This document shows, in pieces, positions 25,182 to 35,500 of a stretch of 64,000 nt of DNA. The notes under the pieces were generated by a model. The model saw nothing but the letters and a program-made list of their open reading frames with translations. It ran no database searches and was not told the DNA's origin. The DNA is taken from positions 1 through 64,000 of the IMG/VR virus record IMGVR_UViG_3300037472_000016, one strand, 5' to 3'. The translations under genes were made by a program, and so were the position numbers. Origin of the DNA: a virus. The number at the start of each line of letters is the position of its first letter. Position 1 is the stretch's first letter.

Positions 25182-26465
25182 ATGACTATTGAGAAAGCTC
25201 TATGGAGCGCCGATGGGGAAAACATTCGCATGTCTATGCCACTTACCAAAGTGGATATAGAGCGAAGAATCGTTTCTGGATTCGCTACCCTGGATAACGT
25301 GGACAGGCAGAACGACATTGTTAGCACAGAAGCTAGCGTAAAAGCATTTTCACGATTCAAAGGAAACATCAGGGAAATGCACCAGCCCATTGCTGTGGGA
25401 AAGCTTGTATCGTTTAAGCAAGACAGATACTTCGATGCAGATACCAAAAAGTTTTACTCTGGGGTATTTGTTTCTGCTTATGTTTCAAAGGGCGCACAGG
25501 ACACCTGGGAAAAGGTTCTCGATGGGACATACACAGGATTTTCAATTGGCGGGGTAATGAAAGAATGGGATGACGCTTTTGATGAAAATGCAGAGTCTCC
25601 CATTAGAGTAATTAAAGATTACGACCTCTATGAGTTATCTCTTGTTGATAGCCCAGCCAATCAGTTTGCCAGCATCGTTTCTATCGAAAAAGTAAACGGT
25701 GTTGATGTTTTAAAGGGTGAGGTCACAGAGACCGTTCTAGAAAATGTTTTCTGGGATGAGCAGTCTGGCCTTGTTCTTTTGTCAGAAGAAGATGCCGTTA
25801 TCAGTCCTGCTTCGGACATGCCAATGAAAAACATTGGGTTTGTTGAGAAGTCTGATTCGGCAAAAGCTGACATGATTAAGTTCTTAGTGGATGATGCTAA
25901 AGGCATTACAGCTTCTAAGATTAATAAGGAGGTAAGTCTTATGACAGAAAATGATGTAGCAGAAACTGCTATCGAAAAGTCAGAGGTTGCTCCAGAGGCA
26001 GAGACCGTCGCAGAAGATGTTGTAGCAGAGGTTGCAGCAGAAGAAGTGGTGGAATCTGAGGTAGTAGAGGAAGAGAACATTGAGAAGTCAGTGGACGAAT
26101 CTCCTGTTGAAGATACTGTTGCTCCTGTAGAAGAGATTGCTAAGTCAGTCTCCGAAGAAGCAACAGAAATCAAAGACGCTATTACATCAGCCTTTAGCGA
26201 CCTAACCGAAATCGTAAAGTCTCTTCACGAGCAGATTTCAGAAATGCAAAAATCAATTGGTGTAACAAATGAGGCTGTTGCCGCAGTCAAGTCAGAAGTT
26301 GATAGCACCAAGCAAGAGTTTGGAAAGAGTATGGACAAAGTAATTAAAGATACTGCTTTCCGTAAATCTGGCGACTTAGGCGAAGTTGTTCAGGAGCAAC
26401 CAGAACTGGTTGAGAAATCCCTATGGGGCGGCCGTTTCCTCAAAACTGCCGACTTGTTTAAGTAG
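25182..26465 (+). CDS. Prohead protease-scaffold fusion
   Basis: DRQNDIV, REMH, GFSIGG, ELSLVDSPAN; acidic coiled-coil C-terminus. Confidence 0.9.
   Translation: MTIEKALWSADGENIRMSMPLTKVDIERRIVSGFATLDNVDRQNDIVSTEASVKAFSRFKGNIREMHQPIAVGKLVSFKQDRYFDADTKKFYSGVFVSAYVSKGAQDTWEKVLDGTYTGFSIGGVMKEWDDAFDENAESPIRVIKDYDLYELSLVDSPANQFASIVSIEKVNGVDVLKGEVTETVLENVFWDEQSGLVLLSEEDAVISPASDMPMKNIGFVEKSDSAKADMIKFLVDDAKGITASKINKEVSLMTENDVAETAIEKSEVAPEAETVAEDVVAEVAAEEVVESEVVEEENIEKSVDESPVEDTVAPVEEIAKSVSEEATEIKDAITSAFSDLTEIVKSLHEQISEMQKSIGVTNEAVAAVKSEVDSTKQEFGKSMDKVIKDTAFRKSGDLGEVVQEQPELVEKSLWGGRFLKTADLFK
25941..26465 (+). CDS. Nested in-frame scaffold protein
   Basis: AAGGAGG at 25926-25932, 8 nt before an in-frame ATG. 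Confidence 0.6.
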   Translation: MTENDVAETAIEKSEVAPEAETVAEDVVAEVAAEEVVESEVVEEENIEKSVDESPVEDTVAPVEEIAKSVSEEATEIKDAITSAFSDLTEIVKSLHEQISEMQKSIGVTNEAVAAVKSEVDSTKQEFGKSMDKVIKDTAFRKSGDLGEVVQEQPELVEKSLWGGRFLKTADLFK

Positions 26466-26495
26466 CAAATAAAAATCACTTAGGAGGTGACAAAA

Positions 26496-27632
26496 ATGTC
26501 AGAAGATATTAAGAAAAATCAACCAGGTGAATCCGGGGAACTCGGAGGAACTGCACCAGGCCTATATCAGGGTCAGGGAGCATTCGCATCTGGTGGCGTT
26601 GGCGGAGTAACTGACCCAGGTGCAGACGTACTTGGCAATATCCCCAATGCAGAATTTGGCGTTACAGATGGTCGCAACGGCGTAAACCCCTCGGGTGCCG
26701 CTGGCGGCGGAATTCTTCGTCCAGAGCAAGCAAGACGTTTTATTGATTACGTATGGGATGCAACGACTCTTGCACAAGACGGTCGCCGCGTAACAATGCG
26801 TGCCAACTCAATGGAGCTAGAGAAGGTCAACGTTGGTGAGCGCGTAATTCGTGCCGCTGCTCAGGCAGACGGTCGTTACACGAACACTGGTGCGACATTC
26901 ACCAAGGTAGAGCTAACTACTCGCAAGATTCGTCTTGACTGGGAAGTTTCTGCTGAGGGTCTAGAAGACAACATTGAGGGAGGTGCCCTAGAAGACCACT
27001 TGGTTCGTCTAATGACAAATGCTTTTGCAAATGACATTGAGGACCTCGCCATTAACGGTGACGGTACAACAGGAAACTTCCTTAGCATCATGGATGGATT
27101 CATTAACAGAGAGAAGTCAAACGGTGACGCGCACGAGGCTGTCGTAACAGTGGCCAACAATGCATGGACACCATCTGTTATGCAGGAAATCATCTATGCT
27201 CTGCCTCGCAAGTACCGTGCCCTTAAGAACGGACTCAAGTTCTATGCAGGAACCGACGCATTCGCAGGAATCGTTGCCCAGAATGGAACACTTGCTGATG
27301 CAGTTGCAGAAGCGTTTGCTGGTCAGGTACCAGGAAGCACCGCTGCTAACCGTCAGAACTACCTTGATGGTGTTGGTCAGACATTTGGTGGCGCTCGCAC
27401 CACTCGTGTCCTCGGCATCGAAGTACAAGAAGTTCCATACTACCCAGAGGGCTTTGTTGACCTAACATTCCCAACGAACCGTATTTGGGGCTTCCAGCGA
27501 GACATTACTGTGAACCGCGAATATGTGGCCAAGAAGGACACAATCGAGTACACCGTATTTGTTCGCTTCGGTCTCCAGTGGGAGGAAGAGGACGCAATTG
27601 CGTTCGCAGACTCCGACGCACTGGATTCATAA
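26496..27632 (+). CDS. Major capsid protein (HK97 fold)
   Basis: GGIL.PEQA..FI, EDNIEG, DIEDLAINGD; AGGAGG RBS. Confidence 0.92.
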   Translation: MSEDIKKNQPGESGELGGTAPGLYQGQGAFASGGVGGVTDPGADVLGNIPNAEFGVTDGRNGVNPSGAAGGGILRPEQARRFIDYVWDATTLAQDGRRVTMRANSMELEKVNVGERVIRAAAQADGRYTNTGATFTKVELTTRKIRLDWEVSAEGLEDNIEGGALEDHLVRLMTNAFANDIEDLAINGDGTTGNFLSIMDGFINREKSNGDAHEAVVTVANNAWTPSVMQEIIYALPRKYRALKNGLKFYAGTDAFAGIVAQNGTLADAVAEAFAGQVPGSTAANRQNYLDGVGQTFGGARTTRVLGIEVQEVPYYPEGFVDLTFPTNRIWGFQRDITVNREYVAKKDTIEYTVFVRFGLQWEEEDAIAFADSDALDS

Positions 27633-27652
27633 CTAAATACGATTGAAGCTTT

Positions 27653-27692
27653 GGGGGTAGGAGCCTTTGTGCTCCTGCCCTCTTTGCTTTTT
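27653..27692 (+). terminator. Intrinsic terminator
   Basis: GGGTAGGAGC/GCTCCTGCCC stem plus T-rich tail. Confidence 0.7.
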
Positions 27693-27725
27693 AATCTGAT
27701 ATAATATAAAACTAGGAGGATTTTT

Positions 27726-28190
27726 ATGTCAACAGAACTAAACGAACCTGGTGTGGTAGAGCCAGAAGCTTTAACAAATGAAGCGACGACAGAGGCAAGC
27801 CCCTCTGTGGAGAATGTAGACCATCAGGGTGACGGAGACATTAAAATCTCCAAGCCCAACACCATGCCGGTAGCAGACGAGGAAAAAGTTATTGGCTCTT
27901 CGGGCACAACCAAAAAGGGTGGAAAAAAGGCTAGTGGCGCACTTACTGTAAAGGGTGGAGTCGTTGGCTCAAGTGCAGCCGAGGCAAAGCCAAAGGCAGT
28001 GAAAAAGGTTGCTACCAAGGAAAGCGACAAGGTTGCTATCTTTTCTACAAGAAGCGTTCGGTGGCCAAATGTCGGCAACGTCGTAAAGGGGTACAACATC
28101 GTATCTTTGGCGGCATCAGAAAAGTGGCTAGCAAGAGACCACGTAAGAGAAGCCACTCCAGAAGAAGTAGCAAGAGAGTACGGTCAGTAA
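27726..28190 (+). CDS. Hypothetical virion-associated protein
   Basis: AGGAGG RBS; C-terminal VREATPEEV. Confidence 0.7.
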   Translation: MSTELNEPGVVEPEALTNEATTEASPSVENVDHQGDGDIKISKPNTMPVADEEKVIGSSGTTKKGGKKASGALTVKGGVVGSSAAEAKPKAVKKVATKESDKVAIFSTRSVRWPNVGNVVKGYNIVSLAASEKWLARDHVREATPEEVAREYGQ

Positions 28191-28194
28191 GAGC

Positions 28195-29076
28195 ATGGAA
28201 CTACTGAGGGTTTCACCATTTCCAATTCAGCTTCCCATCACTGTAGAGTCTACAGGAATAGAGTACGAAGTTTCTGTCTTGGACTTGGTGGACTACTCAG
28301 TATCAACGCAGATAGTTGTTGCAGAAACAGGCCTCATTGCGCTTGTAGCCCTGCCTTCTGACAGAGACGGAAACTACACCGTGTCTTGGGGTAATGGGGA
28401 GGAAGACGTTTCTGTCATTAGGCCATACGTTGATGCAAATACAAAGGCAACTACAGCATCTGAAATTGCTGACTACAAGAAGCACGAGCAAATAGCCAGG
28501 GCAATTATCGACTCTGTCGTAACCTCTGGCTTCTACTACAGGAAGCATATTCTTCAAACTTCTGGCCAAGGCTCTGATTACATTCCACTCTGGGTAAATG
28601 CTAGAAAGATTTTTTCGGTATCTGAAAACAACAAGACCATTTATGATGTTGATAGCACAGAAGAATACCCTCGCAAATTTGAAATAGTAAAGAATAGAAC
28701 AGCCATTGCAGAATCTTATGCTGGCGGAATAAATAGGATTGAGGGAGCGCCTTTGATTCTTCCTTTTGCACCAAGCGATAGCCTAGACCTATCTTACAGT
28801 TATAGGGGCTTCCCCAACACATTTGACTACACGTTTGTCCTCGGTGTGGGATATAAGACCTTGCCAACAGACCTAGTTCTTGCGGCAGAAATGCTGATCG
28901 ATGACCTCATGTGCGGAAAGCTTGAGTATTTTAAGCGGTACGTATCAAGCTATGACACAGATCAGTTCAGTATAAAGCTTAATGACAAGATTGCTTTCGA
29001 AGGAACCGGAAACATTCTCGTTGACAAGATTCTTTCAAACTACACAAACTCTATAACAACACTAGGAGTATTGTAG
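28195..29076 (+). CDS. Head-tail adaptor
   Basis: ARAIID...GY..LP.D...A; position after capsid. Confidence 0.7.
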   Translation: MELLRVSPFPIQLPITVESTGIEYEVSVLDLVDYSVSTQIVVAETGLIALVALPSDRDGNYTVSWGNGEEDVSVIRPYVDANTKATTASEIADYKKHEQIARAIIDSVVTSGFYYRKHILQTSGQGSDYIPLWVNARKIFSVSENNKTIYDVDSTEEYPRKFEIVKNRTAIAESYAGGINRIEGAPLILPFAPSDSLDLSYSYRGFPNTFDYTFVLGVGYKTLPTDLVLAAEMLIDDLMCGKLEYFKRYVSSYDTDQFSIKLNDKIAFEGTGNILVDKILSNYTNSITTLGVL

Positions 29077-29077
29077 G

Positions 29078-29524
29078 ATGTTATGCGAAGCTACAGACTT
29101 TACGTTCCCCATGCTGGCAGATATCTATTACCCCATCGTTGAGCAGGGAGCTTACGGAAACGTTTCCAAGGTTTGGATGCATGACAAGTCAATTGCTTGT
29201 AATTTTCAGCCAGAGGCGAAGACAAGCCAGGTAGATGTAAGAACAAACATTGATGTATCTTACAAATTAGTTTTAACAGGAAGAACAAGAAAAGACTTAA
29301 GGATTGCAACCTCTGGCGAAGACTTTGCAGTTACTAATGTTTTAATTTCTAACATCAGAGATACCTCTGGAAACATAATATACAAAGAGACTGCTGGTGT
29401 AAGGTCGGGCATGGGTACGCTGTTCGAGATTTCTTCTAGTCAGCCTTTTGTCAACGCCTTTGGATATGTAGAGTTTTTTAAGGTAACTCTGTCACGCTCA
29501 GAAAATCAGGGGGCAGACGTATGA
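29078..29524 (+). CDS. Head closure/stopper protein
   Basis: Size, position, beta-rich pattern. Confidence 0.55.
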   Translation: MLCEATDFTFPMLADIYYPIVEQGAYGNVSKVWMHDKSIACNFQPEAKTSQVDVRTNIDVSYKLVLTGRTRKDLRIATSGEDFAVTNVLISNIRDTSGNIIYKETAGVRSGMGTLFEISSSQPFVNAFGYVEFFKVTLSRSENQGADV

Positions 29525-30195
29525 TAGGCGTAAAGTTTGATGACAGGGCTTTTATGTCTGAGATGAACAACATTGTTGAGTATGCCGCTGGATTCCTTGA
29601 GGGTGCCAGGTCTGGAAAAAGAAAGTTTTTGGACAACGTAGGAGCGGGCGCGGTAGAAGAGCTAAAGCAGTTCATTGATGTGAATGCAAGAATGGACCCC
29701 ACTGCACTCCATCACGTATACGAGTGGTCTCAAACAGGAGGCTCTGAGGGTAGGCTGTTTGACATTCACCACACGGTCAGCAACCTTGGATTATCACTCA
29801 AGTCAGAGTTTTTACAGTCTCAGTCAGTGCGCGCAGGGTCAAAAGAGCCTTTTACAGACAAGGCATCCATTATGGAGTCTGGAATGACTGTAACGATTTC
29901 GCCAAAGAATTCTAGCGTGCTTGCCTTTGATGTTGACGGAGAAACCGTCTTTACTCCAAACGACATAACGGTAGAGAATCCAGGTGGCGATGCTGTTCAG
30001 GGTTCATACGAAAGAGTGTTCGACCTATTCATGAACAAGTATTTCTCACAGGCGTTTTTGCTTGCTAGCGGAATATCATCCAGGATACAGAATCCAATAG
30101 CATTTAAGAATGATCTTAAGGCAGGTTCCAGGGGCGGAAGGTCTGTAGGAGTGTCTACTGGATTCCGGTGGATTGCAAATGCGGGGGTAACGTAA
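29521..30195 (+). CDS. Neck/tail completion protein
   Basis: Position; ITISPK...LAF-like motif. Confidence 0.55.
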   Translation: MIGVKFDDRAFMSEMNNIVEYAAGFLEGARSGKRKFLDNVGAGAVEELKQFIDVNARMDPTALHHVYEWSQTGGSEGRLFDIHHTVSNLGLSLKSEFLQSQSVRAGSKEPFTDKASIMESGMTVTISPKNSSVLAFDVDGETVFTPNDITVENPGGDAVQGSYERVFDLFMNKYFSQAFLLASGISSRIQNPIAFKNDLKAGSRGGRSVGVSTGFRWIANAGVT

Positions 30196-30743
30196 TGTCT
30201 GCTATATCTTATGCACCAATACTCATCAATGAGTACATTTCTGAAAAGGTAACAGAGAGACTGTCTGAGCACTTCTCTGAAAGCATGAAGATATTCACCA
30301 GCCTTCCAACAGACATAAACTCTTTATCGGAAAGCTTTCCTGCTGCCGCTAGCGATGTGTTTGCCAGTTATGACAGAATGATTAAGTTTAGGCGCACACC
30401 GTTTCCTCACATAAAAACAGAGCAGGTAATGTATTACTTGTACAAGATGAACTCAGACCCAGAGGCTCTGATTGAGGCTACACAGGTCATTGCAGACCTG
30501 TTAGACAGGGGAGACGAGTCTGCACAAGAGCTAAATTCCTGGGTAGCAGGCAAATCCGTTAACGGAATAATTACATTTGGAACGGGCACACTGGCAAGAA
30601 ACTTTAAGCCAGTATTCTTTCACGAAACAAGAATCTTTCAACTAGAAGAAGCCAGAGACGTAAAGACAAGCTATACCACAAGAAGCTATATGGCATCAAA
30701 GATGATTATCGATTACAAGTACCACACCAGAAATTATCTTTAG
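30195..30743 (+). CDS. Tail terminator (putative)
   Basis: Immediately precedes the tail tube gene; start reassigned to ATG 30195. Confidence 0.5.
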   Translation: MSAISYAPILINEYISEKVTERLSEHFSESMKIFTSLPTDINSLSESFPAAASDVFASYDRMIKFRRTPFPHIKTEQVMYYLYKMNSDPEALIEATQVIADLLDRGDESAQELNSWVAGKSVNGIITFGTGTLARNFKPVFFHETRIFQLEEARDVKTSYTTRSYMASKMIIDYKYHTRNYL

Positions 30744-30816
30744 TATCAAATGGTTGGTATAATGATAAATGAGGAAACGCGCCCCAATTCTATACAGAAA
30801 AATGAGGTGAAACAAA

Positions 30817-31452
30817 ATGGCTTATTCAAGAGGTTCAAGCGCCAACATTATCGTTGGTGCCGCCGCTCTCTTCACATTTGAGGATGGGCAGCTTGATGAT
30901 GGAGAGTTACCGGCATATGCAGATGGTGTCTCGTACAGAGAGACCCTTTCTTCGGATGCTAACAGTGGCTCTTTCCGTAACGTGGGTTACACCATGAACG
31001 GACTAGAAATTCAGTTCCAGCCTGACTTCGGTGAGGTTCAGGTTGACCAGATTCTTGACGTTGCAAAGCTGTACAAGCAGGGTATGCAGGTTAACCTGAA
31101 CACTGCTTTTGCTGAGTCAACGCTAGAGAATCTTCTGTTTGCAATTGCCGGAAATGCTGGTGACCTAGTTACCGGATCAACCGAAAATACTCTAAACCTT
31201 ACGGCTGGAGATATTGGTGAGTGCCCCGTAGAACGTGGACTTGTTGCTGTTGGACCAGGTACAGGCGACTGTGCCCCAGTAGAGGCAATCGAGCGCATCT
31301 ATGTTGCTTACCGTGCGCTTTCAATTGAGAGCGTTACAGTATCTGCAAAGCGTGACGAAGCAACCATGTTCGAGGTATCGTTCCGTCTGCTTCCAAACGA
31401 CCAAGGTTCGTATGGAAAGATTGTAGACCGTACCATCCCAGCGGGTTCGTAA
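30817..31452 (+). CDS. Major tail tube protein
   Basis: VGYT.NG, VDQILD, AESTLENL; own promoter, RBS and terminator. Confidence 0.85.
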   Translation: MAYSRGSSANIIVGAAALFTFEDGQLDDGELPAYADGVSYRETLSSDANSGSFRNVGYTMNGLEIQFQPDFGEVQVDQILDVAKLYKQGMQVNLNTAFAESTLENLLFAIAGNAGDLVTGSTENTLNLTAGDIGECPVERGLVAVGPGTGDCAPVEAIERIYVAYRALSIESVTVSAKRDEATMFEVSFRLLPNDQGSYGKIVDRTIPAGS

Positions 31453-31471
31453 TACAAAGCCCGCTAAACTT

Positions 31472-31507
31472 GACTGCTCAGACTTCGGTCTGGGCAGTTT
31501 TGTTTTT
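31472..31507 (+). terminator. Intrinsic terminator with cUUCGg loop
   Basis: GACTGCTCAGA-CTTCGG-TCTGGGCAGTT followed by a T-run. Confidence 0.8.
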
Positions 31508-31521
31508 GCTACACTTAGTGT

Positions 31522-32199
31522 ATGGCTATAGAAATATACAAAGAAGAAGAAGTTTTTTTGGTAGACGGAACATCTATGATACTGGCTCCACTCAAGATTG
31601 TTTATCTTAAAAGAGTTATGGACAGGTTCAGCCTTTTGTCCGAGTCTTCGAGGGAGATGGATAAGACAGAGGTTCTTGTCTCTTGTGCTCTTGTTGCTAT
31701 GAAGCAGTACCGTCCAGAAATCGACACGGTAGAAAAGGTGGAAGATGTTGTAGATATAGATATCATATACAAGATTCTAGACATTGGCGCTGGAATAACA
31801 ATGAAAGAGCAAGAGCCAGAGACCAAGGCCAAAGATGCAAAAGGTAAGTCTGACTGGGCATCCCTAGACCTGGCCTCGCTTGAGGCAGAGGTGTTTTTGC
31901 TGGGTATATGGAAAAGCTATGAAGACCTAGAACTGTCTATATCAATGCCAGAGCTTATAGCAACACTTGAGTCTCAAAGAAAGTCAGACTACGATAGCAA
32001 AAAGTTTTTTGCAGCAATTCAGGGTGTGGACATTGACAAGAATAGCTCAAAGGGTAACGAATGGGAAGAAATGAAGGCTAGGGTATTCAGTGGAAACAAG
32101 ACCGATGACCCCAATGACATACTTGCATACCAAGGGGTTAGTGCTCAAAAGGCAGGGTTTGGAATTAACATGGGCCTAAGCTACGAAAAGATTGACTAA
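31522..32199 (+). CDS. Tail assembly chaperone, long (gpGT-like)
   Basis: N-terminal ~95 aa paralogous to 32258..32572, plus a C-terminal extension. Confidence 0.75.
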   Translation: MAIEIYKEEEVFLVDGTSMILAPLKIVYLKRVMDRFSLLSESSREMDKTEVLVSCALVAMKQYRPEIDTVEKVEDVVDIDIIYKILDIGAGITMKEQEPETKAKDAKGKSDWASLDLASLEAEVFLLGIWKSYEDLELSISMPELIATLESQRKSDYDSKKFFAAIQGVDIDKNSSKGNEWEEMKARVFSGNKTDDPNDILAYQGVSAQKAGFGINMGLSYEKID

Positions 32200-32257
32200 T
32201 TAAAAACCTCCCCTGTGATATAATTGACACAGACCTTTGAAGGAGGAAAATACAATA

Positions 32258-32572
32258 ATGTCAGAAGCGACAATTAACGAAAAAAAGACAGTTACCCTTA
32301 TTGACGGCACCAAGATTGTGGTGAGACCACTAAAGATTTCACTACTAAGGCCATTTCTAGATAAGTTTGGAGAGATTCAAAAAGTAGCAGAAGACAACTC
32401 AAAGTCTATGACAGTTCTTCTGGAGTGTGTACAAATTGCAATGAAGCAGTATGAGCCAAAGCTTGCAGAGGACCTTGACGCAATTGAAGACAACATTGAT
32501 CTTCCAACGGTATATGCAATTATCGAGGCAGCATCTGGAATCACTCTTGATGGAGCTAGTCTAGGTCTATAG
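32258..32572 (+). CDS. Tail assembly chaperone, short (gpG-like)
   Basis: AAGGAGG RBS before ATG 32258; directly precedes the tape measure gene. Confidence 0.75.
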   Translation: MSEATINEKKTVTLIDGTKIVVRPLKISLLRPFLDKFGEIQKVAEDNSKSMTVLLECVQIAMKQYEPKLAEDLDAIEDNIDLPTVYAIIEAASGITLDGASLGL

Positions 32573-32595
32573 ACCCAGATAAGAGGTGTTGATGA

Positions 32596-35500
32596 ATGGC
32601 TGATATTCAATCCAACATAGATATTAATGTTTCGACTGGCACCGCGCTAGCGAACATTCGTAGTCTGCAAAGGGAAATATCAGCCTTTCACACCTCTATG
32701 GCGAGAGGCGGCGCAGCCGCCAATGTTCAGTCTGCTCAAATGCAGCAGAACTTGCTCAACACCGTTAATGCAACGGGTAAGTTTAGAGCGTCTATTCAGA
32801 ACATTTCCACAACTACGGAAACATTTACAAACGCCCTAGAAAAGAACAAGCTCTCAATGGCAGAGTCTTTTCGCTTTGCCGGGGCAGCGAGTGGAAAGTT
32901 TGGACAAAGATTCTCTACTGAAATGTCAACTATTGACAAGGTTGCTAGAGAAAGGGTCAAGAGTGTCCAGACCCAGTTTATTAAATTAGGAAGAGATGCC
33001 AACGGCTCTCTCAGGGGAATTGCTGTAAGGCCGCTAGCTCTTGACATGGACAATCTGGCCACAAGGACGGCTATAGCGGCACAGAAGCAGCAACTGTTTA
33101 ACAAGCTTGTGAATCAGGGTTCAACAAACCTTCTAAACTTTGGTAAGAATACTCAGTGGACTGGTCGCCAACTTATGGTTGGTTTCACAATTCCTCTAGG
33201 AATCTTTGGAGCAACAGCATCAAAGGTATTCATGGACCTAGAGAAGCAGGCCATCGCCTTCAAGAAGGTATACGGAGACCTCTTCACCATTGAGTCTGAG
33301 AAAAACAAGGCACTCAAAGATGTAGAAGACATTGCCAAGTCCATGACTACTTATGGCGTTGCAATCAAGGACACAATGGGGCTTGCGGCAGAGGCAGCAG
33401 CCGCAGGTTTTCAGGATGCACAACTCATGGCCCAGACCGAGCAAGCAACAAGGCTCGGAATCCTTGGTCAAATCGATAGCCAAAAGGCCCTAGAAACAAC
33501 AATTGCTCTACAGAGTGCATTCCAGATTTCCACGGAAGACCTTGCAGACTCCATTAACTTCCTTAACGCCGTAGAGAACCAGACAGTTCTTTCTCTAGAC
33601 GATGTGACTACAGCCATTCCAAAGGTTGCTCCAGTTATTCAGCAGCTTGGCGGTGACGTAAAAGACCTAGCATTTTTCCTTTCAGCTATGAAGGAAGGTG
33701 GCATCAACGCATCCGAGGGTGCTAACGCTCTAAAGTCTGGTCTTGCCTCCATGATTAACCCCACCAAGCAGTCTTCTGAGATGCTCGCCCAGATGGGTAT
33801 TGATATTAATGGTATCGTTAACTCAAACCAGGGAGACCTAAAGCAGACAGTCGTTGGATTTGCCGAAGCCCTAGATACCCTTGACCCACTGAACAGGGCA
33901 AAAGCCATTGAGCAGCTATTCGGTAAGTTCCAGTTTGCTAGAATCTCCGCACTGTTCTCTAACGTTATCCGCGACGGTAGCCAGGCATCAAGAGTTCTAG
34001 ACCTTGCAGGAACGTCACTAGAAGAGCTATCATCTCTAGCAGACTCCGAGCTTGGAATTGTTGCAGATGCAACGTCTACAAAGTTTATGGCAGCAATGGA
34101 AAACATAAAGTTTGCAATTGCCCCAATTGGAGAAGAGTTCCTTAAGCTCGTAACCCCCATACTCACTTTTGGAACAGAAGTCTTAACGGCTTTCAACAGT
34201 CTTGATGCTGGCATGAGGCAGTTCGTTATTGGAACGATTGGTGTTCTCGGCGGTATAGCACCAATAGCCATTATGGTATTTGGTCTATTAGCTAACGGTG
34301 TAGCAACATCCATTAAGGCATTCATGTTCTTGAGAAACCTGTTCCTTAAAACAGGAGGCTCTTCTCAGATACTTGGTCAGCAAACAGAATACATGACACA
34401 GCAACAGCTTGAGGCAGCGGCTGTAGCAGCATCTCTGGGGCAGACACACAGTCAGTTGACTCAAATCTTTACAGCCGAGGCTGGAGCCGTTACAGCCCTT
34501 GCAGCGGCCTATAACAGCGCTACAGCAGCGCAGAGGGCATTTAGCGGTCCAGTCATGGGTAGCACCCTGGGTCGTGGTCCAAAGGTTCCTGGATTCAACA
34601 AGGGAAAAATGGCGGGGTACAACAAGGGAATCGTAATGGTTCCTGGTTCTGGAAACAAAGACACAGAGCCAGCAATGTTGACACCAGGCGAAGCAGTCAT
34701 TCCAGCAGACATGGCTAAAAAGTATGGGTCTCTAATCAACGCAATGATTAGCGGAAACATTCCTGGGTTTAGGACTGGAAGACCAGGGGAATCTGGTCAG
34801 ATACAGGTGCCGTCGAGCCAAACAAATTTTAGAATGCCTCTTGGAGAAGGCTTTGAGCTTTCACACTTTTCATCAGCAATTAATCTTACTGGTACAGAGC
34901 TTATTGAGCACGCCCGCCTAATGGGAGCGACAAATAACCACATTAGCCGAATAAATGAAATGATTGCCAGGGCAGGAGGCGACTTAGAACAAACCTTTAG
35001 AGTTTTGGATAGCTCTGTAGAACTTTTAAGCACAGAGCTTAACCAGGGTATTGGCGCAATCGGAAGTGGAAAAACAGTACCAAGAAGCCTAGTTGAGCGC
35101 GATCTTGTTGAGAGAGGAGATGTAGCAAGGTCGCCACTAATGAAGTATATGGCCATAGACGGCGTTGCACCCGATAAGGCTCTAGCGAATGCAAGACTAA
35201 TAACCGAAAAAGTTCAAGAACAACTAGACCTTGTTGGCGACCGGCTTGTCTTTACAGCCGAACAGATTCATGACATAACGAAAAAAGCTTATGATGCAGT
35301 TTTGCTTGACCCCTCAGTTTCTGAGACAGCAAAAACAGAAATATCTAATGCTAGACAAAGAATGAGTTCTGGTCTTGTTGTTGTAGATGAAACGACTACC
35401 GAAAGGGGTAGTCGTGGAAACAGAATTAATGCAACACCAAAAACATACAAGAGCCTTTCAACTTCAATTAGAAAACGGGCTGATGTTCCGAGTAATTCAT

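Noticed and set aside
31522-32596. Programmed -1 frameshift in the tail chaperone
   Set aside because: Both ORFs are complete with their own promoters, and there is no room for a T frame after the short gene
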